Assembly (NCBI GenBank): GCA_963745295.1 | Contig: CAVUWG010000003.1 | Location: forward strand, 541,047-605,046 | Source: an uncultured Chloroflexia bacterium | Lineage (GTDB): Bacteria; Chloroflexota; Limnocylindria; Limnocylindrales; CSP1-4 | Length of the DNA: 64,000 bases | Direction: 5' to 3' | Shown here: one piece after another, positions 41,065-50,890 of the stretch | Layout: every line of letters begins with the position of its first letter | Numbering within the stretch: the stretch's first letter is position 1 | Program-made: the position numbers and the translations under genes | The notes under the pieces: model-generated | The model's database searches: none | What the model was told of the DNA's origin: nothing | What the model saw: only the letters and a program-made list of their open reading frames with translations

Positions 41065-42465
41065 TCAGGCGGCGGCGCGCATCCCGGCGTCGGCCGAGGC
41101 GCCGAGCACCTCGAGCGCCTTGTCGAGCGTCGGGTCCTCGCCGTCCGGCCGGTCCGCTGGGACCTCGACCGCCACGTCGGGGATCAGGCCGACATCGTGG
41201 ATCCAGCGCTTGTTCGGCGTCAGCCAGCGGGCGATCGTGAGCTTGAAGGCCCCGCCTTCGCCGGTGAGCTCCTGCCATTGCTGGACGGTGCCCTTGCCGA
41301 ACGACGTCTGGCCGACCAGCGTCGCGCGCTTGGTGTCCTGCAGCGCCCCGGCCACGATCTCGCTCGCCGAGGCGCTGCCGCCGTCGATCAGGGCCACGAT
41401 GTTTAGGTCCGGGCTCGTCGCGACGCCATCTGGCGTGGCCTCGGTCGAGACCTGGCCACCCTTCGAATCCTGCTCCCAGAAGATGACGCCCGAGTCGATG
41501 AACTGGCTGGCCACCGACCGTGCCGCGGTCACGTAGCCGCCCGGATTGCCCCGCAGGTCGAGGATCAGCTTCGTCCGACCGGCCTTGATATGGGCCGTGA
41601 GCGCGTCGCGCAACTCGATCGCGCCGTCATCGGAGAAGCCGCTCAGGCGAAGGTACCCGACGGTCCCTCCGGCGAGCGCCTCGCTGACGACCTCGCGTTC
41701 GTGGACGACGTCGCGCGTGATCGCGAGGTCGAACGGCTCGTCGGCCCCGCGCAGCACGCTCAGCGTCACGACCGTGCCCTTGGGCCCGCGGATCCGGTCC
41801 CGCGCCTCGTCGACCGTCAGCCCGTCGAGCGACGTCCCGTCAGCGGCCAGGATGAGGTCCCCGGTCGTGAGGCCGGCCTTCTCGGCCGGCGAGCCGGCGA
41901 TCGCCGCGATGATCAACAGTCGGCAATCGGATCCGAGCGTCGCGCAACCCTGCGTCCCGTCGGCCGCCTGCGTCGCGATCTCGGCACCGATGCCCTCGAA
42001 CTGACCGCCGATGCCCTGCAGGCTGTCGCGGTACTCCTGCGAGGTCAGGTACGCCGAGTACGGGTCGCCGAGCGCATCGATCATCCCCTTGATCGCGCCC
42101 TGGATCAGCGCGTTCCGATCGACGTCGCCGCCGGCATACCGGTCGGTGACGGTGTGATAGGTGTCCCAGAACGGCTGGAAGGCCTGTTCCTCGGAGACCG
42201 GCGTCCCGGGCTGCTCCGAGGCGTGGATGCCCATCGTGTAGCCGGACATGAACAGGGCGCTGCCCGTCAGGACCGCGACGATGACGATCGCGACCGAGAG
42301 GTTCGAGATCCGACGGCGCACCGGCACGGGCGGGGGCGGTGGCACGCTCGCCGCGAGCGGGCCGGTCAGTGGGTCGGGCGCCGGGTCGGGCGCCGCGGCC
42401 GGCAGTGCGGACGTGGCGGGCGGTGGGCCGTCGTCGGCCGTCGTCGAGGGGTCGTGCGGAAGCAT
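41065..42465 (-). CDS. Carboxyl-terminal processing protease (S41 family, PDZ domain) with N-terminal Pro-rich region and TM anchor
   Basis: PDZ domain followed by an S41 catalytic core (GGSASASEIVAGAL...TSFGKG). Confidence 0.85.
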   Translation of the reverse strand: MLPHDPSTTADDGPPPATSALPAAAPDPAPDPLTGPLAASVPPPPPVPVRRRISNLSVAIVIVAVLTGSALFMSGYTMGIHASEQPGTPVSEEQAFQPFWDTYHTVTDRYAGGDVDRNALIQGAIKGMIDALGDPYSAYLTSQEYRDSLQGIGGQFEGIGAEIATQAADGTQGCATLGSDCRLLIIAAIAGSPAEKAGLTTGDLILAADGTSLDGLTVDEARDRIRGPKGTVVTLSVLRGADEPFDLAITRDVVHEREVVSEALAGGTVGYLRLSGFSDDGAIELRDALTAHIKAGRTKLILDLRGNPGGYVTAARSVASQFIDSGVIFWEQDSKGGQVSTEATPDGVATSPDLNIVALIDGGSASASEIVAGALQDTKRATLVGQTSFGKGTVQQWQELTGEGGAFKLTIARWLTPNKRWIHDVGLIPDVAVEVPADRPDGEDPTLDKALEVLGASADAGMRAAA

Positions 42466-42644
42466 CGGATCAGGCCGTCCTGGGTCGTGTCTGATGATCG
42501 GATCTGGTGGATGGCGAAGCGTACAACGGGTGCTCGAAACGGCTCATGTCATCGCCTTCGGGGTCGGGGTGTCTCGGGGATGAGACTCCGGATCGGCATG
42601 CCGCCGATACCGCCCGATGGTCCGCCCCGCGAGCGCGCGTCGTG

Positions 42645-43529
42645 TCAGCGGATCAGGTACGTGCGGACCGAGACCCACGATCCGAGGATCCCGAGGCCGA
42701 CGCCGGCCCCGACCACGAGCACCACGAGGTCACGCGTCAGCGACCCGAACTGGAGCGGCAGGACCCGGAAGAAGTCGACCATGAAGCCGCTGATGGGATC
42801 GGCTGTCGCGGCCAGGACGCCGAGGGTGATCAGGGACCCCAGCAGGCCCACGAACGCGCCCTCGAACACGAACGGCCAGCGGATGAAGGCGTCCGACGCC
42901 CCCACCAGCCGCATGATCTCGATCTCCTCGGCCCGCGCGAAGACCGCGAGACGGATCGTGTTGACGATGATGAACAGCGCGATCACCCCGACCACGAGCA
43001 GGACCACCGTGCCGGCCGTCCGGAGGATGTCGGTGACGGTCAGGACCCGCGCGACGAGGTCCTCGATGTTGATGACGTTGCGGATGGCCGGGTCGTCGCG
43101 CAGCGATTGGGTGACGACGCCGACCGCGGCCGGGTCGGCGAGCTTGACCTCCAGGCTCGCGTAGAGCGGGTTCGCATCGAGATACGGCGTCAGGTCCTCG
43201 CGGCCCTGCGCCTTGAGCGACGCCCGGAAGTCGACGAGGGCCTGGTCGCGACTGACGAACGACACCGACGAGACCTCGGGCATCGCCCGCACGCGGGTCA
43301 GCAGGGTGTCGATCTGGGTCTCCGTCGTGTTGGTCTGGAGGTAGGCGACGACCTCGACCTTCTGCTCGGTGAACGAGAGGCCGGCGAGCAGACCGGTCTG
43401 GATGATCCAGAAGCCGGCGAGCAGCAGGAGCATCAGGACCATCGTCGCCGTGGCGGCCAGGCTCATGACGGCGTTGCGCCAGAAGCCCTCCCAGGCGCGG
43501 TTGATGCTGAAGACGACAAAGGTGATCAC
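42645..43529 (-). CDS. ftsX: Cell division ABC transporter permease FtsX
   Basis: Four-TM FtsX topology with a large first periplasmic loop. Directly downstream of ftsE. Confidence 0.85.
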   Translation of the reverse strand: MITFVVFSINRAWEGFWRNAVMSLAATATMVLMLLLLAGFWIIQTGLLAGLSFTEQKVEVVAYLQTNTTETQIDTLLTRVRAMPEVSSVSFVSRDQALVDFRASLKAQGREDLTPYLDANPLYASLEVKLADPAAVGVVTQSLRDDPAIRNVINIEDLVARVLTVTDILRTAGTVVLLVVGVIALFIIVNTIRLAVFARAEEIEIMRLVGASDAFIRWPFVFEGAFVGLLGSLITLGVLAATADPISGFMVDFFRVLPLQFGSLTRDLVVLVVGAGVGLGILGSWVSVRTYLIR

Positions 43530-43532
43530 GCC

Positions 43533-44246
43533 TCAGTCCTCGCGATGGTAGGCACCGCCCACCTCGTCGCGGATGATCCGCCCTTCCTCGAGCGCCACCA
43601 CCCGACGCCGCAGCGACGTGACGACCTCGGCGTTGTGGGTCGCCATGAGGACCGTCACGCCGAGTTCGTTGATGCGCAGCAGCAGCTGGAGGATCTCCCA
43701 GCTGATGAGGGGATCGAGGTTGCCGGTCGGCTCGTCGGCGATGATCAGGCGGGGGTCGTGGACGAGGGCCCGTGCGATGGCCGTGCGCTGCTGCTCGCCG
43801 CCTGAGAGCTGCGCCGGGATCTGCTTCGACTGGGCGGTCAGCCCGACGAGCGCCAGCACCCGATCGACCGCCGGGCGGATCTTGCGCCGGGGCGTGCCGG
43901 TCACCTCGAGCGCGAACGCGACGTTCTCCCAGACCGTCTTGGTCGGCAGCAGCTTGAAGTCCTGGAAGATGATGCCGATCTTGCGGCGCATCCGGGGCAC
44001 GTGGCGGCGGTTCAGCCGGGCGAGGTCCTGGCCGTCGAGGACGACCGCCCCCTGGGTCGCGAGCTCGTCGCGGATGAGCAGCTTGATGAGCGTCGACTTG
44101 CCCGCCCCGGACGGCCCCACGAGGAACACGAAGTCGCCCTCGGGGATCACGAGGTCCACGTCCCGGAGCGCGAGCTTGCCGTTCGGGTACTGCTTCGTGA
44201 CGTCGTGCATCACGAGGACGGCACGCTCCTGGGCAGCCTGTTCCAT
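43533..44246 (-). CDS. ftsE: Cell division ATP-binding protein FtsE
   Basis: Walker A GPSGAGKST, ABC signature LSGGEQQR and Walker B IIADEP. The start was chosen at MEQAAQERAVLVMHDV; the ORF is open to 44339. Confidence 0.85.
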   Translation of the reverse strand: MEQAAQERAVLVMHDVTKQYPNGKLALRDVDLVIPEGDFVFLVGPSGAGKSTLIKLLIRDELATQGAVVLDGQDLARLNRRHVPRMRRKIGIIFQDFKLLPTKTVWENVAFALEVTGTPRRKIRPAVDRVLALVGLTAQSKQIPAQLSGGEQQRTAIARALVHDPRLIIADEPTGNLDPLISWEILQLLLRINELGVTVLMATHNAEVVTSLRRRVVALEEGRIIRDEVGGAYHRED

Positions 44247-44502
44247 GTGTCGCCGGAGGACCCGGTTTCGGATGGAGCGCGCCGGTTCGGGCGCAGGGGC
44301 GATGGTCACATTCGGCTCCGCGGGGGCGTCCCCCGGCAACGGTCGTCGCCGGTGGGAGGCGGCTGGACTCCGTCCGCGGGCACGGCATCGGGGGCCACGT
44401 CGGGCCTGAGGCTACCACCCGACCCCTGCACCGGCAAACGTGACGAGCGGTGCACCGAGGCACCGGACCTTCGTCCCGTCGGACGGCCGAGGACCGCGTC
44501 GG

Positions 44503-45477
44503 TCAGAGCAGGCCCGGTGAGATCGGGAGGTACCGGGCGAAGTCCGCGAAGGGTCGATCCCAACACAACAGCACCGGGAACTGGTCGAGACGGAAGCCGG
44601 CCCGCAACGCGGCCACGACCGCGCGATCGGCATTCCCCGGCAGCCACAACGCGAACGCGCCGCGTGGCTCGACCACGCTCGTGAGGTGGCCAAGGACCGG
44701 GACCATGAGGGCCGCATCGCGGACCGCGACCGGGCCCACGCGGCCCGCCTCGGTCGCATAGCCGTAGCCGACCGGCCCGTCGTCGGGGCCACGGTAGAGC
44801 CAGCCACGTCGCGATTCGGCGCGCAGGTAGCGGTGATCGATCGGATGGGCCACGCCCAGCAGCTCGCGATCGATGGCGTCGACCGTCTCCGCCAGCTCCC
44901 GGTGACCGGCGCCACCCGGCGGTCCGCCCGCGATCGATTCGAACGGGATCGCCGTGATCCCCGATGGCAGCGGCTCGAACGCGTCGGGCCGCTCGGGCCG
45001 GCCGATCAGGTTGAGGAGCGGGATCCTGGGCACGATCCCGTAGCTGGAATACAGCGCGTTGGAGATCGGCTGGGCGCTGTCCGTCGCGGTCGCCATCGCC
45101 ATCCCGGCGCCCGGATCGGGCATGACCCGGGCCAGGAGCGCGCGGCCGACGCCCGCCGCCTGGACGTGCGGCGAGACGAAGAGCATCGAGAGGAACCACA
45201 GCCGTTCACGGACGAGCGCCGATGCGAAGCCGACGATCCGTTCCTCGCCGGTCGCCCCGACGACCTCGGTCGCGACGACGAAGCGATCGGGGTCCGTCGT
45301 CGAGAGGTGGCCGTACAGGCGCAACAGCGGGCTGGTCTCCGACGCGATCTCCGGCTGGCCGAGGCGGCCGATGTAGTCGTTGATCGATTCGCGCCAGATC
45401 TCGACGCAGGCGGCGAGCTCGTCGGGCCGGACCGGACGGTAAGCCAGCCCGTCCGACCGGGACACGACCCCGGTCAT
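44503..45477 (-). CDS. GNAT family acetyltransferase-like protein
   Basis: HVQAAGVGRALLARV resembles GNAT motif A. The start was chosen at MTGVVSRSDG. Confidence 0.5.
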   Translation of the reverse strand: MTGVVSRSDGLAYRPVRPDELAACVEIWRESINDYIGRLGQPEIASETSPLLRLYGHLSTTDPDRFVVATEVVGATGEERIVGFASALVRERLWFLSMLFVSPHVQAAGVGRALLARVMPDPGAGMAMATATDSAQPISNALYSSYGIVPRIPLLNLIGRPERPDAFEPLPSGITAIPFESIAGGPPGGAGHRELAETVDAIDRELLGVAHPIDHRYLRAESRRGWLYRGPDDGPVGYGYATEAGRVGPVAVRDAALMVPVLGHLTSVVEPRGAFALWLPGNADRAVVAALRAGFRLDQFPVLLCWDRPFADFARYLPISPGLL

Positions 45478-45481
45478 CGGC

Positions 45482-46589
45482 TCACGCCGCGTCCTCGTCG
45501 CCACCGATGCCGCGTTCCAGCTCGGCCTGCATGAACGGGTCGAGGTCGCCGTCGAGGACGCCAGCGGTGTTGCTCGTCTCGTACTCGGTCCGCAGGTCCT
45601 TGACCATCTGGTACGGGTGCAGGACATAGCTCCGGATCTGGTTGCCCCAGCCGGCCTCCACGTGTTCGCCCTTGAGGCGTTTGGTCTCGGCTTCCTTCTC
45701 CTCGAGGGCCTTCTCGAGGAGCCGGGCCTTGAGCACCTTGATGGCCATCTCCTTGTTCTGGGTCTGGCTGCGCTCGTTCTGGCTCTGGGCGACCACGCCG
45801 GTCGGCAGGTGGGTCAGCCGCACGGCCGAGTCGGTCTTGTTGACGTGCTGACCGCCGGCCCCTTGCGAGCGGAAGGTGTCGACCCGGATCTGGTCCCAGT
45901 CGAGCTCGATCTCGATGTCGTCGTCGACCTCGGGCAGCACCTCGACCAGGCCGAACGTCGTCTGGCGCCGGTTCTGGGCATCGAACGGGCTGATGCGCAC
46001 GAGGCGGTGGACCCCGCGCTCGGCGCGGAGCCAGCCGTACGCCCGGCGTCCCTGGACCGCCACCGTCACGCTCTTGAGCCCGGCCTGCTCGCCTTCCTGC
46101 TGGTCCAGGATCTCGGTGGCGAATCGATGCCGTTCGGCCCAGCGGAGGTACATGCGCAGGAGCATCTCGGCCCAGTCGGTCGCTTCCGTGCCGCCGGCCC
46201 CGGCACTGATCATCAGCAGGGCATTGCGATCGTCGTACTCGCCCGCGAACAGGAGGGCGGTCCGCTCGCGGCGGAAGTCGGTCTCCAGGGCGGTCGCGTC
46301 ACGTTCGAGTTCGGCTTCGAGGTCGGCGTCGGGTCCCTCGTTGAGCAACTCGACGGCGGCCAGCAGGTCGTCGGCGCGGGCCCCGAGGTCGCGCCACATG
46401 CCGATCTCCTCGCGGAGACCGTTGGCTTCGCGCAGGACCGCCTGGGCGGCTCGGCTGTCGTCCCAGAACCCCGATCCCTGGGTCAGCGTCTCGAGTTCGG
46501 CGACGCGCCCTTCCTTGGCGTCGAGGTCAAAGACGCCCCGAGGTCGACCGGATCCGTTCGGCCAGGTCCCGGATGGCGGCGGGTTCCAC
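45482..46589 (-). CDS. prfB: Peptide chain release factor 2 with a programmed +1 ribosomal frameshift (CUU UGA C at about 46526-46532)
   Basis: A 20-codon frame-0 leader from GTG (VEPAAIRDLAERIRSTSGRL) runs into an in-frame TGA within GGGG-CGT-CTT-TGA-C. The +1 frame continues DLDAKEGRVAELE... through SPF and GGQ motifs. Confidence 0.9.
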
Positions 46590-46826
46590 CTAGTTCCTGG
46601 TCTGCAGGTCCTGGAGCAGGAGCGGGCGCAGCTCGATGAGCCGCAGCGCCGTCTTGCTCCGGGCGACGACGGGGTTGACGCACGGACAGTAGCCGTTGTG
46701 GGGGCAGACGCCGCAGTTGCCGTCGCAATCGAGCGCGGCGGCATAACTGCACGACCGGCAGTCCCGCTCGCAGGCGATCAGATCGACGAACGACGCTTCC
46801 TCGGCCTGCTTCACGGACTCCCTCAC
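46590..46826 (-). CDS. Small Cys-rich protein (10 Cys, two Cx3Cx2C clusters), possible metal-binding; hypothetical
   Basis: 78-aa ORF abutting the prfB start. GC3-rich codons. CERDCRSC and CDGNCGVCPHNGYCPC cysteine clusters. Confidence 0.35.
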   Translation of the reverse strand: MRESVKQAEEASFVDLIACERDCRSCSYAAALDCDGNCGVCPHNGYCPCVNPVVARSKTALRLIELRPLLLQDLQTRN

Positions 46827-46971
46827 TTAGCTCGGGGCAGGGCGCTGGGGCGAGGCCTGCCACAGACTCGGGCGGTCCGGAACGGCAGGCTTGGATGAGT
46901 ATACCCAGCCAAACCCCTACCGCCAAGAGGGAAATCGGTCCGGTCGTGCGTGGCGAGACCGGCGCCAAAGG

Positions 46972-47613
46972 TCAGGGCGACTCGCCGGTCACGAAGTAGA
47001 TCGCGAGGGCCCCGAGCTCGTGGATCGTGGCGTCCAGACGGGCGATCGGGTCGCGGTCGATCGGGCTGGTCGTGGTCGGCGATCCCCACCCGACGATGCC
47101 CTCGTCGCCGGCCATCCGCAGGACCCGGAGCATGTGCTGGCGGTCCGACACGAACACGGCCGTGTGCAGGTCGGCGTCGCGCAGGATCGCGCCGACCGAG
47201 CGGACCGAGGCGAGCGTGGTGCGGGCCTGGTCCTCCATCAGGATCGACTCGGCCGGCACGCCGTGGCGGATCGCGTACTCGCGCGCGCTGGCCGCCTCGG
47301 TCGTCCGATCGCCCTCGGCCTTGCCGCCGGTCACGATCAGGTACGGGGCCACGCCCGCCCGGTAGAGGTCGACGGCATGCTCGAGGCGGGCCTGGAAGAT
47401 CGGCGAGGGACGCCCGTCGTACTGCGCGGCGCCCATGACCACGATCGCGTCCGCGGGCCGGGCGTCATCGAGTTCGCCTTGTGCCACGATCCGCCAGGTG
47501 GCGAAGGCGGCGACGAGCGCGGCTCCCAGGATCCCGACGGCCGCGAGCCTGCCGATGTCCCGGGTCAGCGACCGTGGCACTTCTTGTACTTGGCGCCCGA
47601 TCCACACCAGCAC
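46972..47613 (-). CDS. DUF218 (YdcF/SanA-like) domain protein
   Basis: N-terminal TM helix, then IVVMGAAQYDGRPSPIFQARLEHAVDLYRAGVAPYLIVTGGK, the DUF218 core. Confidence 0.65.
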   Translation of the reverse strand: MLVWIGRQVQEVPRSLTRDIGRLAAVGILGAALVAAFATWRIVAQGELDDARPADAIVVMGAAQYDGRPSPIFQARLEHAVDLYRAGVAPYLIVTGGKAEGDRTTEAASAREYAIRHGVPAESILMEDQARTTLASVRSVGAILRDADLHTAVFVSDRQHMLRVLRMAGDEGIVGWGSPTTTSPIDRDPIARLDATIHELGALAIYFVTGESP

Positions 47614-50588
47614 GGGTCATTGCGCCCGATCCGGGAACCGTCCGGCGTGTATCCGGGGCGGGCGCCGCCCGCCGGGGTGGCCGCGCCAGCCGCGCCGGCC
47701 GCCGTGGTCAGGGCTTCGTCCCCGAGCGACTCGCGGATGTTGCGCGCCACGGGGCCGGTCGGGATCCCGCCCGCGAGGACGGCCGCCGGCTTGCCGGGCG
47801 CCGCATCGGGCCCCTCCCCAGGGGTCTTGCCGTTCGTCGGTCCGCCGTCGCCGGGTCCACCCCCGCGCGGGGCCTTCGGGGCGTTCGGTCGCGGCGGCTG
47901 GCCCGGCCCGGGCATCGGTCGCGGCCCGTCGCCGGCCGGCGGTTCGCGCGTGACCGTGACGCGGAAGATGGTCGAGGCGACGCCGTGGCGGATCAGGCCG
48001 CGCAGCTCCTCGTACATCCGGAACGCCTCGCGACGGAACTCGTTGAGCGGGTCCTGCTGGGCGTAGCCGCGGAGGCCGATCCCGCGCCGCATGTCGTCGA
48101 TCTCGGTCAGGTGCTCGACCCACAGCGAATCGATCGTGCGCACGAGGACCAGCCGCTCGACGGTGGACCAGTCCTCCGCCCCGACCTCCGCCTCCTTCTC
48201 GGCGAGCTTGGCGTCGGCGAGGTCACGCACGTGCTCGGCGATCGGCTCGCGGCCGCCGAGGTCCCACAGCTCATCGGCCGACGTGCCTTCGCCGGTCAGG
48301 CCCATCTGGTGGAGCGCGTTCGAGAGCCCTTCGAGGTTCCACTGGTCGGGGTCCTCGCCGACGAGGTCGGTGTCGACGATGACGTCGAGCTCCTCATCGA
48401 GGAACGCCCGGACCGTGTCGGTCAGGTCCTCGTTGTGCAGGACCTTGTCGCGCTCCGCGTAGATGGTCTCGCGCTGCTTGTTGATGACGTCGTCGAATTC
48501 CACGACGCGCTTGCGGATGTCGAAGTTGAAGCCCTCGACGCGGCTCTGGGCCGACTCGATCGTGCGCGACACCAGGCGCGATTCGATGGCGACGTCGTCA
48601 TCGAGCCCGAGCCGCTCCATCAGCCCGGTGACGCGCTCGCTCGCGAAGCGCTTCATCAGGTCGTCCTCGAGCGACAGGTAGAAGCGCGACGACCCCGGGT
48701 CGCCCTGGCGTCCGGCGCGACCACGGAGCTGGTTGTCGATGCGCCGGGAGTCGTGCCGTTCGGTCCCGATGATGTGCAGGCCGCCCGCTTCCACGACCCG
48801 GACGTGGTCCTCGTCGGTGATGGCCTTCGCCTCGGTCAGGACCGACTCATAGGTCGCGGCGTCCACCTCGGCCGGATTCAGGCCGCGCTTGTGGAGGATC
48901 TCCGAGGCGAGTCCGGCCGAGTCCCCACCGAGCTTGATGTCTGTGCCGCGCCCGGCCATGTTCGTCGCGATCGTGACCGCCCCGGTGCGGCCGGCCTGGG
49001 CGACGATGCCCGACTCCTTCTCGTGGAACTTCGCGTTGAGGACCTCGTGGGGGATGCCACGGCGCTTCATCAGCGTGCCGAGGATCTCGGACTTCTCGAC
49101 GCTGATCGTGCCGACCAGGACGGGCCGCCCGATCTCCTGCATCTCGGCGATCTCGTCGATCAGCGCGTTGAACTTGGCGTTCTCGTCGCGGAACACGAGA
49201 TCGGGGTCGTCGTCGCGGATCATCTCGACATTGGTCGGGATGGCCACGACCTCGAGCTGGTAGATCTTGTGGAACTCCTCGGCCTCGGTCATGGCCGTGC
49301 CCGTCATCCCGGCCAGCTTGTCGTAGAGGCGGAAGTAGTTCTGGAACGTGATCGTCGCAAGGGTCACGCTCTCGCGCTGGACGCGCAGGCCCTCCTTCGC
49401 CTCGACGGCCTGGTGGAGGCCCTCGCTCCAGCGGCGACCCGGCATCTGTCGGCCGGTGAATTCGTCGACGATGATGATCTCGCCGTCCTTGACGATGTAG
49501 TCGCGGTCGCGCTTGTAGAGGGCGTGCGCCTTGAGCGCCTGCTCGAAGTGCCGCGCGAGGCGCGGGTCGGCGTCGTACATGTTCGCGACGCTGAGCCAGC
49601 CCTCCATCTTGTCGATGCCCTCTTCGGTCGGGCTGACCGCCTTGTCCTTGAGGTCGATGAAGTAGTCGCCGCCCTCTTCCTCGCCCTCGGGCCGTTCCTT
49701 GAGGCGCGGCACGAGCCGGGCGAAGGTGAAGTACAGGTCGGCGGATTCCTCGGCCTGGCCGCTGATGATCAGCGGCGTCCGAGCCTCGTCGATCAGGATG
49801 TTGTCGACCTCGTCGACGATCGCGAAGCTGCGTTCCCGCTGGACCCGCTGGTCGAGCTCCAGGACCATGTTGTCGCGCAGGTAGTCGAACCCGAACTCGT
49901 TGTTCGTGCCGTAGGTGACGTCCGCCGCGTAGGCCTCCTGGCGCGTCACCGGCCGGAGGTTGACGAGGCGCTCGTCGTTCGTCGGGTAGCCCGGCTCGTA
50001 GATGAACGATGCATCGTGGGTGATCATCCCGAGGCTGACCCCGAGGAAATGGAAGATCGGGCCCATCCACTGCGGGTCGCGTCGCGCCAGGTAGTCGTTG
50101 ACGGTGACGACGTGGACGCCGCGGCCCGTCATGGAGTTGAGCACGGCCGCCAGCGGGGCGACCAGCGTCTTGCCCTCGCCCGTCCGCATCTCGGAGATCC
50201 GCCCCTGGTGGAGGACGGCCCCGCCGATGAGCTGGACGTCGAAGTGGCGCATGCCGAGCGTTCGCCACATCGCCTCTCGGGCCATGGCGAAGACCTCGGG
50301 CATCACGTCGTCGAGGGCTCGCTGGATGCGCTCGTTCTCGCGCTTGCGGCGGGCCTTCGTGAGCTCGCGCCGTCGCTCGAGGTCGGGGTTCTCGAGCTCG
50401 TCCTCGGACGGCTCGTCGGGCAGGGCGACCTCACGGATCTCGTCGCGGATCTCGGCGAACCGGGCGCGGATCTCGTCGTCGGAGAGCGCCTGGATCTCGG
50501 GTTCGATGGCGTTCGCCGTTTCGACGAACGGTTGCAGTCGTCGAACCTCGCGGTCATTCGAGTCGACGAACCGGGAGAAGAACTTCAT
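47565..50588 (-). CDS. secA: Preprotein translocase ATPase SecA
   Basis: MKFFSRFVDSNDREVRRLQ N-terminus, DEAD-like motor, and a C-terminal CWCGSGAKYKKCHG zinc motif. The ORF-track start at 50954 adds low-complexity sequence. Confidence 0.92.
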   Translation of the reverse strand: MKFFSRFVDSNDREVRRLQPFVETANAIEPEIQALSDDEIRARFAEIRDEIREVALPDEPSEDELENPDLERRRELTKARRKRENERIQRALDDVMPEVFAMAREAMWRTLGMRHFDVQLIGGAVLHQGRISEMRTGEGKTLVAPLAAVLNSMTGRGVHVVTVNDYLARRDPQWMGPIFHFLGVSLGMITHDASFIYEPGYPTNDERLVNLRPVTRQEAYAADVTYGTNNEFGFDYLRDNMVLELDQRVQRERSFAIVDEVDNILIDEARTPLIISGQAEESADLYFTFARLVPRLKERPEGEEEGGDYFIDLKDKAVSPTEEGIDKMEGWLSVANMYDADPRLARHFEQALKAHALYKRDRDYIVKDGEIIIVDEFTGRQMPGRRWSEGLHQAVEAKEGLRVQRESVTLATITFQNYFRLYDKLAGMTGTAMTEAEEFHKIYQLEVVAIPTNVEMIRDDDPDLVFRDENAKFNALIDEIAEMQEIGRPVLVGTISVEKSEILGTLMKRRGIPHEVLNAKFHEKESGIVAQAGRTGAVTIATNMAGRGTDIKLGGDSAGLASEILHKRGLNPAEVDAATYESVLTEAKAITDEDHVRVVEAGGLHIIGTERHDSRRIDNQLRGRAGRQGDPGSSRFYLSLEDDLMKRFASERVTGLMERLGLDDDVAIESRLVSRTIESAQSRVEGFNFDIRKRVVEFDDVINKQRETIYAERDKVLHNEDLTDTVRAFLDEELDVIVDTDLVGEDPDQWNLEGLSNALHQMGLTGEGTSADELWDLGGREPIAEHVRDLADAKLAEKEAEVGAEDWSTVERLVLVRTIDSLWVEHLTEIDDMRRGIGLRGYAQQDPLNEFRREAFRMYEELRGLIRHGVASTIFRVTVTREPPAGDGPRPMPGPGQPPRPNAPKAPRGGGPGDGGPTNGKTPGEGPDAAPGKPAAVLAGGIPTGPVARNIRESLGDEALTTAAGAAGAATPAGGARPGYTPDGSRIGRNDPCWCGSGAKYKKCHGR

Positions 50589-50626
50589 GGGACGGTGAAG
50601 TATACGGGGAGGGCCGCGAGGGACCC

Positions 50627-50890
50627 TCAGGCCGGCGGCGTCCCCCAGAAGCCCGATGCGTAGCCGAGCACGAGCAGGACGAACGTCAGCCCGCCGAGAC
50701 CGAGCCAGAACAGGACGGACATGAACCGGGGCGTCGGGTTCATCTCCGGGTTCTTGAGGTCGGGCAAGCGCTCCGAGTCCAGGCCCGTGCCCCAGCGTCG
50801 CGAGCGCAGCTGGGTGCGCCAGTCGGCCGGAGGCGCCGGGCTCGGCTCGATGCCGCCCTGGCCGTCGGGGCGGTGGAGTTGGAGGCTCAT
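50627..50890 (-). CDS. Small putative membrane protein (C-terminal hydrophobic helix) upstream of secA
   Basis: 87-aa ORF whose only support is a predicted TM helix (FMSVLFWLGLGGLTFVLLVLGYASGFW). Confidence 0.25.
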   Translation of the reverse strand: MSLQLHRPDGQGGIEPSPAPPADWRTQLRSRRWGTGLDSERLPDLKNPEMNPTPRFMSVLFWLGLGGLTFVLLVLGYASGFWGTPPA

